Below, piece by piece: positions 10,446 to 18,573 of a stretch of DNA of 32,000 bases (the first letter of the stretch is position 1; the number at the start of each line of letters is the position of its first letter). The position numbers were made by a program, and so were the translations under genes. This stretch comes from Thermosulfurimonas dismutans. Lineage in GTDB: Bacteria; Desulfobacterota; Thermodesulfobacteria; Thermodesulfobacteriales; Thermodesulfobacteriaceae. The notes beneath the pieces are model-generated. The model had not been told where the DNA came from. It saw only the letters and a program-made list of their open reading frames with translations, and made no database searches. The stretch lies in NCBI RefSeq assembly GCF_001652585.1, contig NZ_LWLG01000013.1:34376-66375 (forward strand), written 5' to 3'.

Positions 10446-10948
10446 TGGCATTTACGCATCTTGCCGAAGACGGTTCAGCCCGGATGGTGGATGTCTCCGA
10501 GAAAGTCCCTACGGCTAGGGAGGCCGTGGCTCGGGGACGGGTCATCTTGGGAGACAAAGTTTTTCCTCTAGTAAAAGACCGCAATCTTCCCAAAGGGGAC
10601 CTTTTCGGCGCTGCCCGGATCGCCGGAATACTAGCGGCCAAAAAAACCCCGGAACTCATCCCTCTCTGTCATCCTCTACCCATAAGCAAGATCGAAATCC
10701 ATTTTGCCCTGAACGAAGCGGAAAAAAGTCTTGAAATCGAGGCCCGGGTGAAAACCGTAGCCCAGACCGGAGTGGAAATGGAGGCCCTTACGGCCGTATC
10801 AGTAGCTGCCCTTACGATCTATGACATGTGTAAAGGTATTGACAAAGGGATACGGATAACGGATATTCGCCTTCTTGAGAAAAGAGGGGGCAAGAGCGGA
10901 GAGATCATTCTGGAAAAAGGAGGACTTCATGGATCCCAAAAAGCTTGA
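10445..10948 (+). CDS. moaC: Cyclic pyranopterin monophosphate synthase accessory protein MoaC
   Basis: 'MVDVSEK', 'LIPLCHPLP', 'GVEMEALTAVSVAALTIYDMCK'. Confidence 0.9.
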   Translation: MAFTHLAEDGSARMVDVSEKVPTAREAVARGRVILGDKVFPLVKDRNLPKGDLFGAARIAGILAAKKTPELIPLCHPLPISKIEIHFALNEAEKSLEIEARVKTVAQTGVEMEALTAVSVAALTIYDMCKGIDKGIRITDIRLLEKRGGKSGEIILEKGGLHGSQKA

Positions 10949-11291
10949 ATACTTCAAAAACCTCCTGCTTGAAAAGAGGCAAAAACTAGTTCAGGAAGCC
11001 GATCGCACCTTTCATTCTCTTGAAGGGGGGAGCGAACGCCTGGCTGATCCTACGGATATCGCCTCCAAGGAAAGTGATCTTGGTTTTGAACTCCGCATTC
11101 GTGACCGGGAGCGCAAACTTATCAGGAAGATAGACAAGGCCCTGCAGAAGATTGAAGAAGGGTCTTACGGGATCTGTGAGGCCTGCGGAGAGGAGATTGA
11201 GGAAAAGCGTCTCATGGCCCGTCCGGAGGCCACTCTCTGCATCCGCTGCAAACGAGAGCAGGAGCGTCTGGAGAAACTTCGCGGAGAATAG
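10929..11291 (+). CDS. DksA/TraR-family C4 zinc-finger protein
   Basis: 'CEACGEEIEEKRLMARPEATLCIRCK'. Start at ATG 10929, preceded by 'aaaggagga'. Overlaps the moaC 3' end by 20 nt. Confidence 0.8.
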   Translation: MDPKKLEYFKNLLLEKRQKLVQEADRTFHSLEGGSERLADPTDIASKESDLGFELRIRDRERKLIRKIDKALQKIEEGSYGICEACGEEIEEKRLMARPEATLCIRCKREQERLEKLRGE

Positions 11292-11297
11292 CCTAAA

Positions 11298-12293
11298 GTG
11301 CCGGAATTCCGGCGAGACCCTGTAAGCGGTCGCTGGGCCATCATCGCCCCCGAGAGAGGAAAAAGGCCTACTGATTTCCTTCTCCCTGAAGAAAATACCA
11401 AAGAGGGACGTTGTCCTCTATGCCCTGGGAGTGAAGACCTCACTCCTCCGGAAGTGCTAGCCCTTGGAAGACCTGAAGAAGCCCCACCTAATAGCCCCGG
11501 ATGGAAGGTAAGGGTTGTCCCTAACAAATATCCGGCCCTCATACCCGGAGAAATAGAAAAAGAAACGGAGGGGCTTTATGAAAGGTTTTCCGGGGCGGGG
11601 GTTCACGAGGTCATCGTAGAAACCCCGGAACACGGAAAGTCTCTGGTCAGGTTCAGTCCCAACGAGCTGGCCCTGGTCTTCGAGGCCTACCGTTTGAGAC
11701 TTGAGGAGCTGGCTCGAGACGGGCGATGGCGATATGTACTTATCTTCAAGAATCGAGGTGCCCGGGCTGGAGCCTCTCTGAGTCACGATCACAGCCAGCT
11801 CGTGGCTCTGCCCCTGATCCCGGAGTTGGTAAAAATTGAACTCGAAAGAAGCCGGATCTATCATGAAAGGAATGGAGAATGCCTTTTCTGTAAGCTCGTC
11901 AAAAGTGAACAGAATGGCCCCCGGCGGATTTGCGAAAACGAACGTTTTTTGGCCTTTATGGCCTACGCCCCCAGACAACCACTTGAGACCTGGATTATGC
12001 CTAAAAAGCACCGCAGCGACTTCCTAGACCATTTCGACGAAAACCTCGAGGCATTGTGTGATATTTTTCTCAAGGTCTTCGGAAAGCTTGAGGCCATTCT
12101 TCCGGGGTTGCCTTACAATTTTGTACTGCACACTGCCCCCCTCGGAAGCGCTCCCCTGCCCTACTATCACTGGCACTTTGAAATCATTCCTTGTCTAACC
12201 CGGGTGGCGGGCTTTGAATGGGGTACCGGGGCCTATATCGTGCCCTTGCTTCCCGAGGAGGCCGCGGCCTTTTTGCGTGATATCTCTCCATGA
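11298..12293 (+). CDS. galT: GalT-family (HIT superfamily) hexose-1-phosphate nucleotidyltransferase
   Basis: Zn site 'CPLCPG'; active-site 'SHDHSQ' (the HxHxQ of GalT); 331 aa. Confidence 0.7.
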   Translation: MPEFRRDPVSGRWAIIAPERGKRPTDFLLPEENTKEGRCPLCPGSEDLTPPEVLALGRPEEAPPNSPGWKVRVVPNKYPALIPGEIEKETEGLYERFSGAGVHEVIVETPEHGKSLVRFSPNELALVFEAYRLRLEELARDGRWRYVLIFKNRGARAGASLSHDHSQLVALPLIPELVKIELERSRIYHERNGECLFCKLVKSEQNGPRRICENERFLAFMAYAPRQPLETWIMPKKHRSDFLDHFDENLEALCDIFLKVFGKLEAILPGLPYNFVLHTAPLGSAPLPYYHWHFEIIPCLTRVAGFEWGTGAYIVPLLPEEAAAFLRDISP

Positions 12294-12925
12294 ATCGCAA
12301 ATTATTCCAAAACGAAATCCGAAAAATTGTCCCCGAGCTTAACGAGACTCAACTAGAGAAGCTCTTCCTTTATGCCGAACTCCTGCAAGAGGTAGCCTAC
12401 GCCCTAGGCCTCAGCAATTTGTCTCGAGAAGCGGACATCCTCGAAAAACACCTCCTCGACAGCCTCATGCTACTTCCCCATCTACCGGAAGGTCCCTTCT
12501 GTGATCTTGGAAGTGGCGCCGGGCTTCCGGGAATACCCCTAAAGATCGTCCGCCCCGAAACCGAGGTCTATCTGGTAGACTCCCGCCGGAAGGCCGTGTC
12601 CTTTTTGGAGTACGCCGCAGCAAGACTAGGTCTCGAAAGATTGGAGATCCTAAAAGCCCGGGTCGAGGCCCCCGAGGTGCCCCGCGAATACTTCGCCGCT
12701 GTGGTCTCCCGAGCGGTGACCGCCCTCTCCGAACTCTGGGATTTGGCCTACCCCCTCCTGAGACCCGGAGGAAAACTTCTGGCCTTAAAGGGCCCGCGTG
12801 GAAGAGAAGAGGTAGAGGCCTTACAGGAAAGACATCCGAAGCTTCCCATCCGGAGTCATCCCTACGAGCTCCCTTGCGGAAGACCCGGAACGGTGGTGGA
12901 GGTGCTCAAATCGTCTCCCAGTTAA
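12290..12925 (+). CDS. rsmG: 16S rRNA (guanine527-N7)-methyltransferase RsmG/GidB
   Basis: SAM motif 'DLGSGAGLPGIPLKI'; typical size. ATGA overlap with the upstream gene. Confidence 0.85.
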   Translation: MNRKLFQNEIRKIVPELNETQLEKLFLYAELLQEVAYALGLSNLSREADILEKHLLDSLMLLPHLPEGPFCDLGSGAGLPGIPLKIVRPETEVYLVDSRRKAVSFLEYAAARLGLERLEILKARVEAPEVPREYFAAVVSRAVTALSELWDLAYPLLRPGGKLLALKGPRGREEVEALQERHPKLPIRSHPYELPCGRPGTVVEVLKSSPS

Positions 12926-13139
12926 GACAGTTGGGACAAACCCAAGTGATGGCGTTACAAGAAAAGTGCTTCTGATCCTGGGATAGACATCGCTGACAAA
13001 CCGTAAAACCGCACTTCCGGCAGCGCCAAACCAGGGGCATCTCCTGGCCGCAGAACTCACATTTCCCAGCCCCGTATTTAGTCCTTCTAAAGGCTCGCAT
13101 CTTTGCGCCTGGCTTTGAGTTTGGCATCGTGAGCCGCAA
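12906..13139 (-). CDS. Cys-rich small protein (multiple CxxC, zinc-ribbon-like), hypothetical
   Basis: 'CEFCGQ..RCRKCGFTVCQRC...CPNC'. An alternative ATG at 13100 would reduce the overlap with the upstream kinase gene. Confidence 0.5.
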   Translation of the reverse strand: MRLTMPNSKPGAKMRAFRRTKYGAGKCEFCGQEMPLVWRCRKCGFTVCQRCLSQDQKHFSCNAITWVCPNCLNWETI

Positions 13140-13839
13140 TCTTGGCGATCTTTTTTTCTAACTTAATAAGTCTTTTTTCCTCCGAAAGCCAGGGGTGATA
13201 ACGAAAATAGGCCTCCAGAAACGCTTTTTCAAACTCTCGGGTTCCCGGCCCTAGAATCTGCCTGGCAGAATAAAAAAGTTCGGCGAGGTCCTTAATGACC
13301 CAGTAGGGTTTGATTTTGCGGGCTCTACGCACTCGCTGGAGATCGATCATAAAGAGTCTTTTTCCGTCCCAAAACAGATGACAAAGATAGAAATCTTGGT
13401 GGGAAAACCCCAGGGCATGAAAACGGGCCGCGGTCTCCACCAGGGGCGGAAGGAGTTTGCGGAAGAGCTCCGGACTCTCTTTAAAGAGGTCCTCAAGACG
13501 TCTTCCGGGGACCTCGCGAAACAGGCTCAAGGCCCGATGACGCCTCAGGCCGCGCTCAAGGCCAAAGGCGACGGGCTCCGGCACATGAAAACCATGGGCA
13601 GAAAGTTCCCTGGCCGCCCACCATTCCCTCTCGGCTCCACTCTTGAGAAAGCCAAAGAGTGGAAATCGAAAATACCGCTTCAAAAAAAAGCGATCGTCTC
13701 CAAGCTCAAGTAGGGCTATCTCCCGATCCTTCTTGGATTTGAAGGGCTTGGTGGGAGCCTTCCAGAGAGCTTCAAAGGTGACCAATCCCTGACCTTTAAG
13801 TAATTCTTGCCAGCGCGGGCTGATCTCAAATATCGTCAT
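13087..13839 (-). CDS. Lipopolysaccharide kinase (Kdo/WaaP)-family protein
   Basis: Catalytic-loop-like 'SHQDFYLCHLFWD' resembles WaaP/RfaP 'HRDCYICHFLL'. 250 aa. 4-nt overlap with the radical SAM gene. Confidence 0.7.
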   Translation of the reverse strand: MTIFEISPRWQELLKGQGLVTFEALWKAPTKPFKSKKDREIALLELGDDRFFLKRYFRFPLFGFLKSGAEREWWAARELSAHGFHVPEPVAFGLERGLRRHRALSLFREVPGRRLEDLFKESPELFRKLLPPLVETAARFHALGFSHQDFYLCHLFWDGKRLFMIDLQRVRRARKIKPYWVIKDLAELFYSARQILGPGTREFEKAFLEAYFRYHPWLSEEKRLIKLEKKIAKIAAHDAKLKARRKDASL

Positions 13840-15134
13840 GCCGACAACTCCCGGACATATCTTTTGAGCTCCTCTATAGCCTCCCAGTCCGGACTTTTGA
13901 AGGCCGGAAAGACGGAGTTATTGTGAAAGATAGGGTCCTCGGAAAGAGGATATCGCGAAATCCTTTCGGTCTCCTCGAAAAGAGGTGTCCCCGGAATAGG
14001 GGAAAATTCCGCAAGTACGGGTCTGGCCCCGGCCTGAGCCACGAACTCCGCGGCCTTCTTTACCTCCGCAAGGGTTTGCCCCGGAAGACCGAAGAGGAGA
14101 TAGGCCCCTAACTCCCTGGCCGTAAAACCGGCCTCCCTTAAATAGGCCACCGCCTGCCCAAACTCCTCCTCGTTCACTTTACGATCGAGCCTCTGCCCCA
14201 CGGTCTCAAGTCCTAGCCGCAGGGTAACAAATCCGGACTGCTTGAGAAACCCCGCCACCTCTCGGTTGATGAACCGCGCATGCAGGGCATTGGGCGTATG
14301 GAAGCGGACTCTAATTCCGGCTGAAAGGACGCCCTCCAGGATGACTGCCAGATGGTTCTCAAAGTCAAGAAGAAGGGCATCGTCGTAAAAGGCAAAATCC
14401 ACTACCCCGTAATGCTCGTGCCAGTAAAGGATCTCAGAGACAACCTCCTCCGGAGACCGCCTCTCAAAATCCGGAAATAGTCTCGTCGAGGCACAATAGG
14501 GACACCGAAAGGGACAGCCCCTTCCAGTAAGAAGGACAACATAGGGTATTTGCCGCTGGAGATCAAAGATTGGAAAGGAATGGGAATTAGGCTCACCTGT
14601 AGGATCGCAAAGTTCAGAGATCCTCTTCAAGATCCTTTCCTCGGCGTGCTCGGTTATGATCTCAGCCCCGGGAAAGATCTCCCTGGCGTGTTCCGGGCAG
14701 AGGCGAGCGTAAACTCCTCCAAGAAGCACGGGAGTATCTGGGAAACGGCTCCTGAGCAGCCGGAAGGCCTCAAGGGTCCCAGGATACCAGTAGGTGAGCA
14801 GACAGGTGATGAGGATGACTTTCGGGGGTTTGAGACCGGCCACTTCTTTCTCGGCCAATTTTCTGGGAAGCCCGTAGCGGGCCAAACGCCGGGGCACGTC
14901 TTCGAAGAAGATCGGCTTGGGGACCTCCTCTCGCCAGAAATGGCCGGTACCATAGGCCCGGCGTTTCGGCTTTCGGGGAAGCTCGGGGTGGAAGGGATCC
15001 AGAAGATCCAGAAATTCTACTCGATACCCTTCTTTCCTGAGAAGACCACCAAGTCTTAAAAGCCCGTAGGGTCTCAGCCAGAAATCGTAGGCCGCAAAGT
15101 CATAGATCCAAGGATTGACTAACAGAACATCCAC
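13836..15134 (-). CDS. B12-binding-domain radical SAM protein
   Basis: 'GRGCPFRCPYCAS' (CxxxCxxC). The N-terminal 'VDVLLVNPW...' is a typical class-B rSAM start. Start set to GTG 15134 because codons upstream (to ATG 15200) merely translate a tRNA fragment. Confidence 0.85.
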   Translation of the reverse strand: MDVLLVNPWIYDFAAYDFWLRPYGLLRLGGLLRKEGYRVEFLDLLDPFHPELPRKPKRRAYGTGHFWREEVPKPIFFEDVPRRLARYGLPRKLAEKEVAGLKPPKVILITCLLTYWYPGTLEAFRLLRSRFPDTPVLLGGVYARLCPEHAREIFPGAEIITEHAEERILKRISELCDPTGEPNSHSFPIFDLQRQIPYVVLLTGRGCPFRCPYCASTRLFPDFERRSPEEVVSEILYWHEHYGVVDFAFYDDALLLDFENHLAVILEGVLSAGIRVRFHTPNALHARFINREVAGFLKQSGFVTLRLGLETVGQRLDRKVNEEEFGQAVAYLREAGFTARELGAYLLFGLPGQTLAEVKKAAEFVAQAGARPVLAEFSPIPGTPLFEETERISRYPLSEDPIFHNNSVFPAFKSPDWEAIEELKRYVRELSA

Positions 15135-15144
15135 AGGAAACCAC

Positions 15145-15188
15145 TGGCGGCCCCACCGGGACTCGAACCCGGGTCTCTGGCGTGAGAG
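15145..15188 (-). tRNA. Truncated tRNA-Glu(CUC)-like 3' fragment (anticodon loop to CCA); not an intact gene; putative att remnant at the island boundary
   Basis: The minus strand reads CTCTCAC-GCCAG-AGAC-CCGGG-TTCGAGT-CCCGG-TGGGGCC-G-CCA. These parts are the anticodon loop (CU-CUC-AC), 3' anticodon stem, 4-nt variable loop, perfect T-arm, 3' acceptor strand, discriminator G and CCA. No complementary CTGGC or GGCCCCA lies upstream. Confidence 0.8.
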
Positions 15189-15203
15189 TAGGATTCGCAT
15201 TTC

Positions 15204-15230
15204 TCAATCTTAATCAATCTCATTCAATCT
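15204..15230. repeat. Three direct TCAATCT heptamers spaced exactly 10 bp apart
   Basis: TCAATCT at 15204-15210, 15214-15220 and 15224-15230, 16 bp from the tRNA-fragment edge. Confidence 0.9.
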
Positions 15231-15391
15231 TGCGATTTTAACGGGTGCTAATCGCCATGGTGGTTATAAAATTCCATTTTACGGCCACCAATATGGACAC
15301 CAAGCCCGGAACTTTTAAGTATCAAGGCTTTGTGGTCTTGAAGTGATTTTCAGTTAAGCGAAAATAATCGGCCGGAATCTGGTTTGACATT

Positions 15392-15622
15392 TTATAGAAG
15401 GTTATCAAGCTCATCAAGGCTTATTCCAGCGGCTTTAAGAATACATTTGAGGGTTTTGGGAGCTAGAATTTTTCCGCTATGAACCGGTATGGTAACCAAG
15501 ACTTCTTTCTCGTCATGATAGAGATGGTAGTGGCTTCCTTTGATTCGGACTATTCGGAAATCTGCTCGCTGTAAAGCTTTTACTAGGTCTTTCCCGGTGA
15601 TCCTAGGCAGCTTTCTGCTCAA
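15392..15622 (-). CDS. hicA: HicA-family mRNA interferase toxin
   Basis: 'LPRITGKDLVKALQRADFRIVRIKGSHYHLYH' (YcfA/HicA fold signature). TTG start. Overlaps hicB by 20 nt. Confidence 0.85.
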   Translation of the reverse strand: MSRKLPRITGKDLVKALQRADFRIVRIKGSHYHLYHDEKEVLVTIPVHSGKILAPKTLKCILKAAGISLDELDNLL

Positions 15623-15821
15623 ATTCGACCTCTATTTCGGCCTGAAAAGACTTTCTGAGTTCTGTCAGGGCTTCAAGGTGTCCTTCGATGGCTTCTTTGG
15701 CATTTCCTATGGCTTCTTCGATAGTGTCTCCCTGAGTGACGCATCCCGGAAGATCCGGGACCGTGACCGTGAAGCCGCCTTCTTCATTGGGCTCGATCAC
15801 AATTTTATAACGAAGTGTCAT
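15603..15821 (-). CDS. hicB: HicB-family antitoxin
   Basis: 'YKIVIEPNEEGGFTVTVPDLPGCVTQGDTIEEAIGNAKEAI'. ATG 15821 is preceded by 'ggagaagagaag'. Confidence 0.85.
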   Translation of the reverse strand: MTLRYKIVIEPNEEGGFTVTVPDLPGCVTQGDTIEEAIGNAKEAIEGHLEALTELRKSFQAEIEVEFEQKAA

Positions 15822-15896
15822 CTTCTCTTCTCCTGTTTTTGGGATTCGTTTTATCATTTTAGATAAAATTCAGACGGATTTGAAGTTTGAATTTGC

Positions 15897-16097
15897 TCAT
15901 CCGGTATCGATTTCCCGGAGCAAGTGCGCAGGCAGGTCAATAAAGGCAAAAAAATCTTTTGGGTAGAGGTAAGGTTCTCCACTTTCGTCTATGACTTTGA
16001 GGAGGCCGTATTCCTCTCCGAGGACGGGATAAACTTTCCACTTTTCGAGAGAAAGCTCATAGCCCTGGTTTTTGATGCAAAGGGCGATCTTACTCAT
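15897..16097 (-). CDS. Hypothetical small protein (66 aa)
   Basis: Clean ORF with an ATG start and no motif I can name. Confidence 0.45.
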   Translation of the reverse strand: MSKIALCIKNQGYELSLEKWKVYPVLGEEYGLLKVIDESGEPYLYPKDFFAFIDLPAHLLREIDTG

Positions 16098-16111
16098 GGC
16101 TTGAGACCTTG

Positions 16112-16350
16112 ATGATCCGTTTCATTTTGAATTCCTTCCCTGTGGAAAGCATCAACGCTGGACTCGAAAAATGGCTATGGAGCTCGGAAACTATTTCCCT
16201 TCGGAAAGAGCTCTAGAGGTGAACCTTTTCATCCAGATGACCAATCTCAAGGACAAATGGTGGCAAAAACCCATGTCCACCGTGCAGACCGTAAGCTATG
16301 AGCTCCAGCAGAAGTTCGTCTTGACCTATGAGCTTGAAGGGGTAGCCTAA
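16112..16350 (+). pseudogene. C-terminal remnant of an IS256/Mutator-family transposase (frameshifted)
   Basis: My translation gives 'NSFPVESINAGLEK', then a frame change at the A5 run 16167-16171, then 'MAMELGNYFPSERALEVNLFIQ...'. This matches the '..NIIESVNSKFRKATAGRRVFPTEESLLK..' block of the intact copy at 18604-19776. No N-terminal part and no terminal IR. Confidence 0.6.
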
Positions 16351-16388
16351 AATGGAAAAGAAGCTCGCTAACCTTTATGCAAAATTCC

Positions 16389-16628
16389 CTATAGGCCCCA
16401 AAGGGAAACCAGTCCCTCAAGAGCCTGTCTCTTCCACCAGGGAATAAGATTGGGATGCAGGTCAAACTGGGCCGCAAGCTCCGAAAGACTTTTCTCTTCC
16501 TTCAAAGCTTCTAAGGCTACCTTGGCTTTAAATTCCGGCGAATACCTCTTTGGCTTCTTTCTTTACATTTGGACCCCTCCTTAGTCTACTTTTTTCACCT
16601 TACCATGCTGTCCAAAATTTGGGGTCCA
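16389..16628 (-). mobile_element. IS3-family remnant: left IR plus an orfA (HTH) fragment with a nonsense codon
   Basis: The minus strand has GGAGG-N8-ATG immediately followed by TAA. It then reads 'RKKPKRYSPEFKAKVALEALKEEKSLSELAAQFDLHPNLIPWWKRQALEGL', a classic IS3 OrfA, up to a stop. The outer end 'TGGACCCCAAATTTTGGACA' (complement of 16609-16628) is IS3/IS150-like. No orfB. Confidence 0.7.
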
Positions 16629-16741
16629 CTTCTCTTGAGACGCAGTTTGCTTCTTCTCATGTTGGGGGAGTTAATTCTAGGCTCCCCCAACGTCAATATC
16701 TAGTTTTTTCGAACACCCTCATTGATTGTGCTTTGCGTTTT

Positions 16742-18573
16742 TTAGCCGCTCGAAAGCCTCTGAGTAAGCCTTTTCCACCAGCGAAAGCCTTTCTTCTCAT
16801 CCTCCAGATCCAGAAAGTTCTTAAATCTTTGGGCGTCCAAGAGGACTACCCCTTTGGTTTCCACCACCACGCCCGAGGGAAGATAGTTTACCAGCGAATC
16901 CTTATCCGGCCGGGAATGTTCCAAGAAGGCCCGGGTGATATCAAAGTACTCCCGACCGTCAATTTTTATAGTCTTTGCAAACAGTTCCTGGTGGGCGTGG
17001 TAAAAGGTAAACCAGGCCCGGCGGGCTCGCTCCCGATAGTAAAGATCTACAAGCCTTTCCTCCGTAAACCACCTCGGCCGATCCAGATCCAATTCCTCAA
17101 AATACTCCAGAAAGATTTCCCTGGCAGGTTTTAAGAAGTCTTCGGGGAAAAAGATTTCTTTCTGCCGGAATCTTCGTTCGAGTCTGAAAACGAAATCTCG
17201 GAAGAGGTCCTCTTCAAGACGGTATTCCCGTTTTACTCTCTGAGGAAACGGGACGGAAAGTGGAAGATAGTAGATTCGGCGCATGACCTCCGGAGGGGCG
17301 TGGAAGTCCTTCTCGTTTCCGGTGGCCAGGAAACAGGCATGGGGGCCGGAGAAGGTGTTGGCCATCTCTTTGATGAACTGCACGCCTTCGTATGATCTTT
17401 CCGAAGTGGTGGTGAAGTACTGCCGTTTAACCTCGTCCACCAGGACGGGAAAGAGATTTCCGTTGGTAAGAAGAAGATAAATACCGCGCGAGTTGATTTT
17501 TCCGGCCGGGAATTTGGCCTTGGGAGTATAATGGTAATGAAGGCCGTGGTTTCCCAGAAGACGACTTATGGCACGCAGAAGAAAGGTCTTTCCGGAGCCG
17601 GCCGCCCCTGCGATATAAAGGAAGATGGGTACTTCCGCTAGATACTCTTCCCCCAGAAGGGAAGCCTCTTTGCGAATGAGCCACAGAAAGGGCGACATGA
17701 AGGCGTAAAGGACGGCCTCGAAGGCAATGCGGCTAGCCCGCTCTTCGCCGGTAAGCTCGGAGTAGGAGCTCAAAAACTCATTAAGTCCCTGAAAAACCGT
17801 CTGGAGCCTCTCCAGAGGAAGCTCCCTTCCCAGAGGCTCGCCATTTCTGAAAAGTCCTTCCTCACGCCATTGGAATCTAGGCCTATCGTCCTCGAATTCC
17901 CTGGTCTCCTGGACGGTTCGCTTGAGCACCCGGAAAAGGGCCTCTTTTTTCGCATAAACCTCTCTGGGGGAGATAAGGATGGCCCCGGATTCCGTGCGCT
18001 TGGTTATGACCCGAAAAACCTCAAGGAGCTTTCTTTGTTCGCGGACGTTTTCCTCTTTTTCTTTGATCTTCTTTTCCATCTCTTCCAGAGAGTCTTTTAA
18101 GTGAGCTTCCACAAGGAGGGTTTTCACCTCCCCGATACGGTCGGCAAAAAACTCCAGGGTTTCCTTGTCTTTGACCAATAAGGCTTCAGGGAGTTTCTTT
18201 TTCTTTTGGAGAAAATCTTTAGGGAATAGGGGACGAGAAGATTTCTTTAAATGTCTTAGTACCTTTTCAAAGAGGGCAAATTTGGACGGATTCTCTTCTT
18301 CATCAAAGACTTCGAGGATCTCCCATTGGCGTCCGCCAAGGGCTCTCTCGGTGAGGTTGGCGCTTCCCCAGATAAGCCTGCGCCCAGTCTCACCTTTTAA
18401 GAGAAAGATTTTGGCATGACTGGCTTCAAAGGGTACCAATACTTGGTAATCTCCTTTGGAGAGTTTTTCGAGAATTTGGGCGTTGGCCGAAACTTCTTCA
18501 AAGAGTCGGCGATTTTCCTCCGGTTCAAAAAAGGCCGCAAGTCCTCGCGCCGATTCCGGGAAACCTACTATGA
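16742..18573 (-). pseudogene. C-terminal 608 codons of an IS-split PLD-nuclease / P-loop NTPase fusion gene
   Basis: HKD-type motif 'HAKIFLLKGETGRRLIWGSANLT'; coiled-coil-like K/E-rich linker; Walker A 'IAGAAGSGKT'; Walker B 'FPVLVDEV'; 'FLATGNE'. The first ~33 codons of the listed ORF (18574-18673) are IS-derived. Confidence 0.85.

Noticed and set aside
15135-15200. ATG at 15200 as the start of the radical SAM gene (listed 454-aa ORF)
   Set aside because: The first 22 codons ('MRILLSRQRPGFESRWGRQWFP') merely translate the tRNA fragment and its flank. GTG 15134 gives the family-typical 'VDVLLVNPW' N-terminus.
15145-15230. An intact tRNA gene on the minus strand
   Set aside because: Only the anticodon loop to CCA (44 nt) is tRNA-like. 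The upstream sequence (AGATTGA repeats, AT-rich) offers no 5' acceptor strand (GGCCCCA), no D-arm and no 5' anticodon stem (CTGGC).
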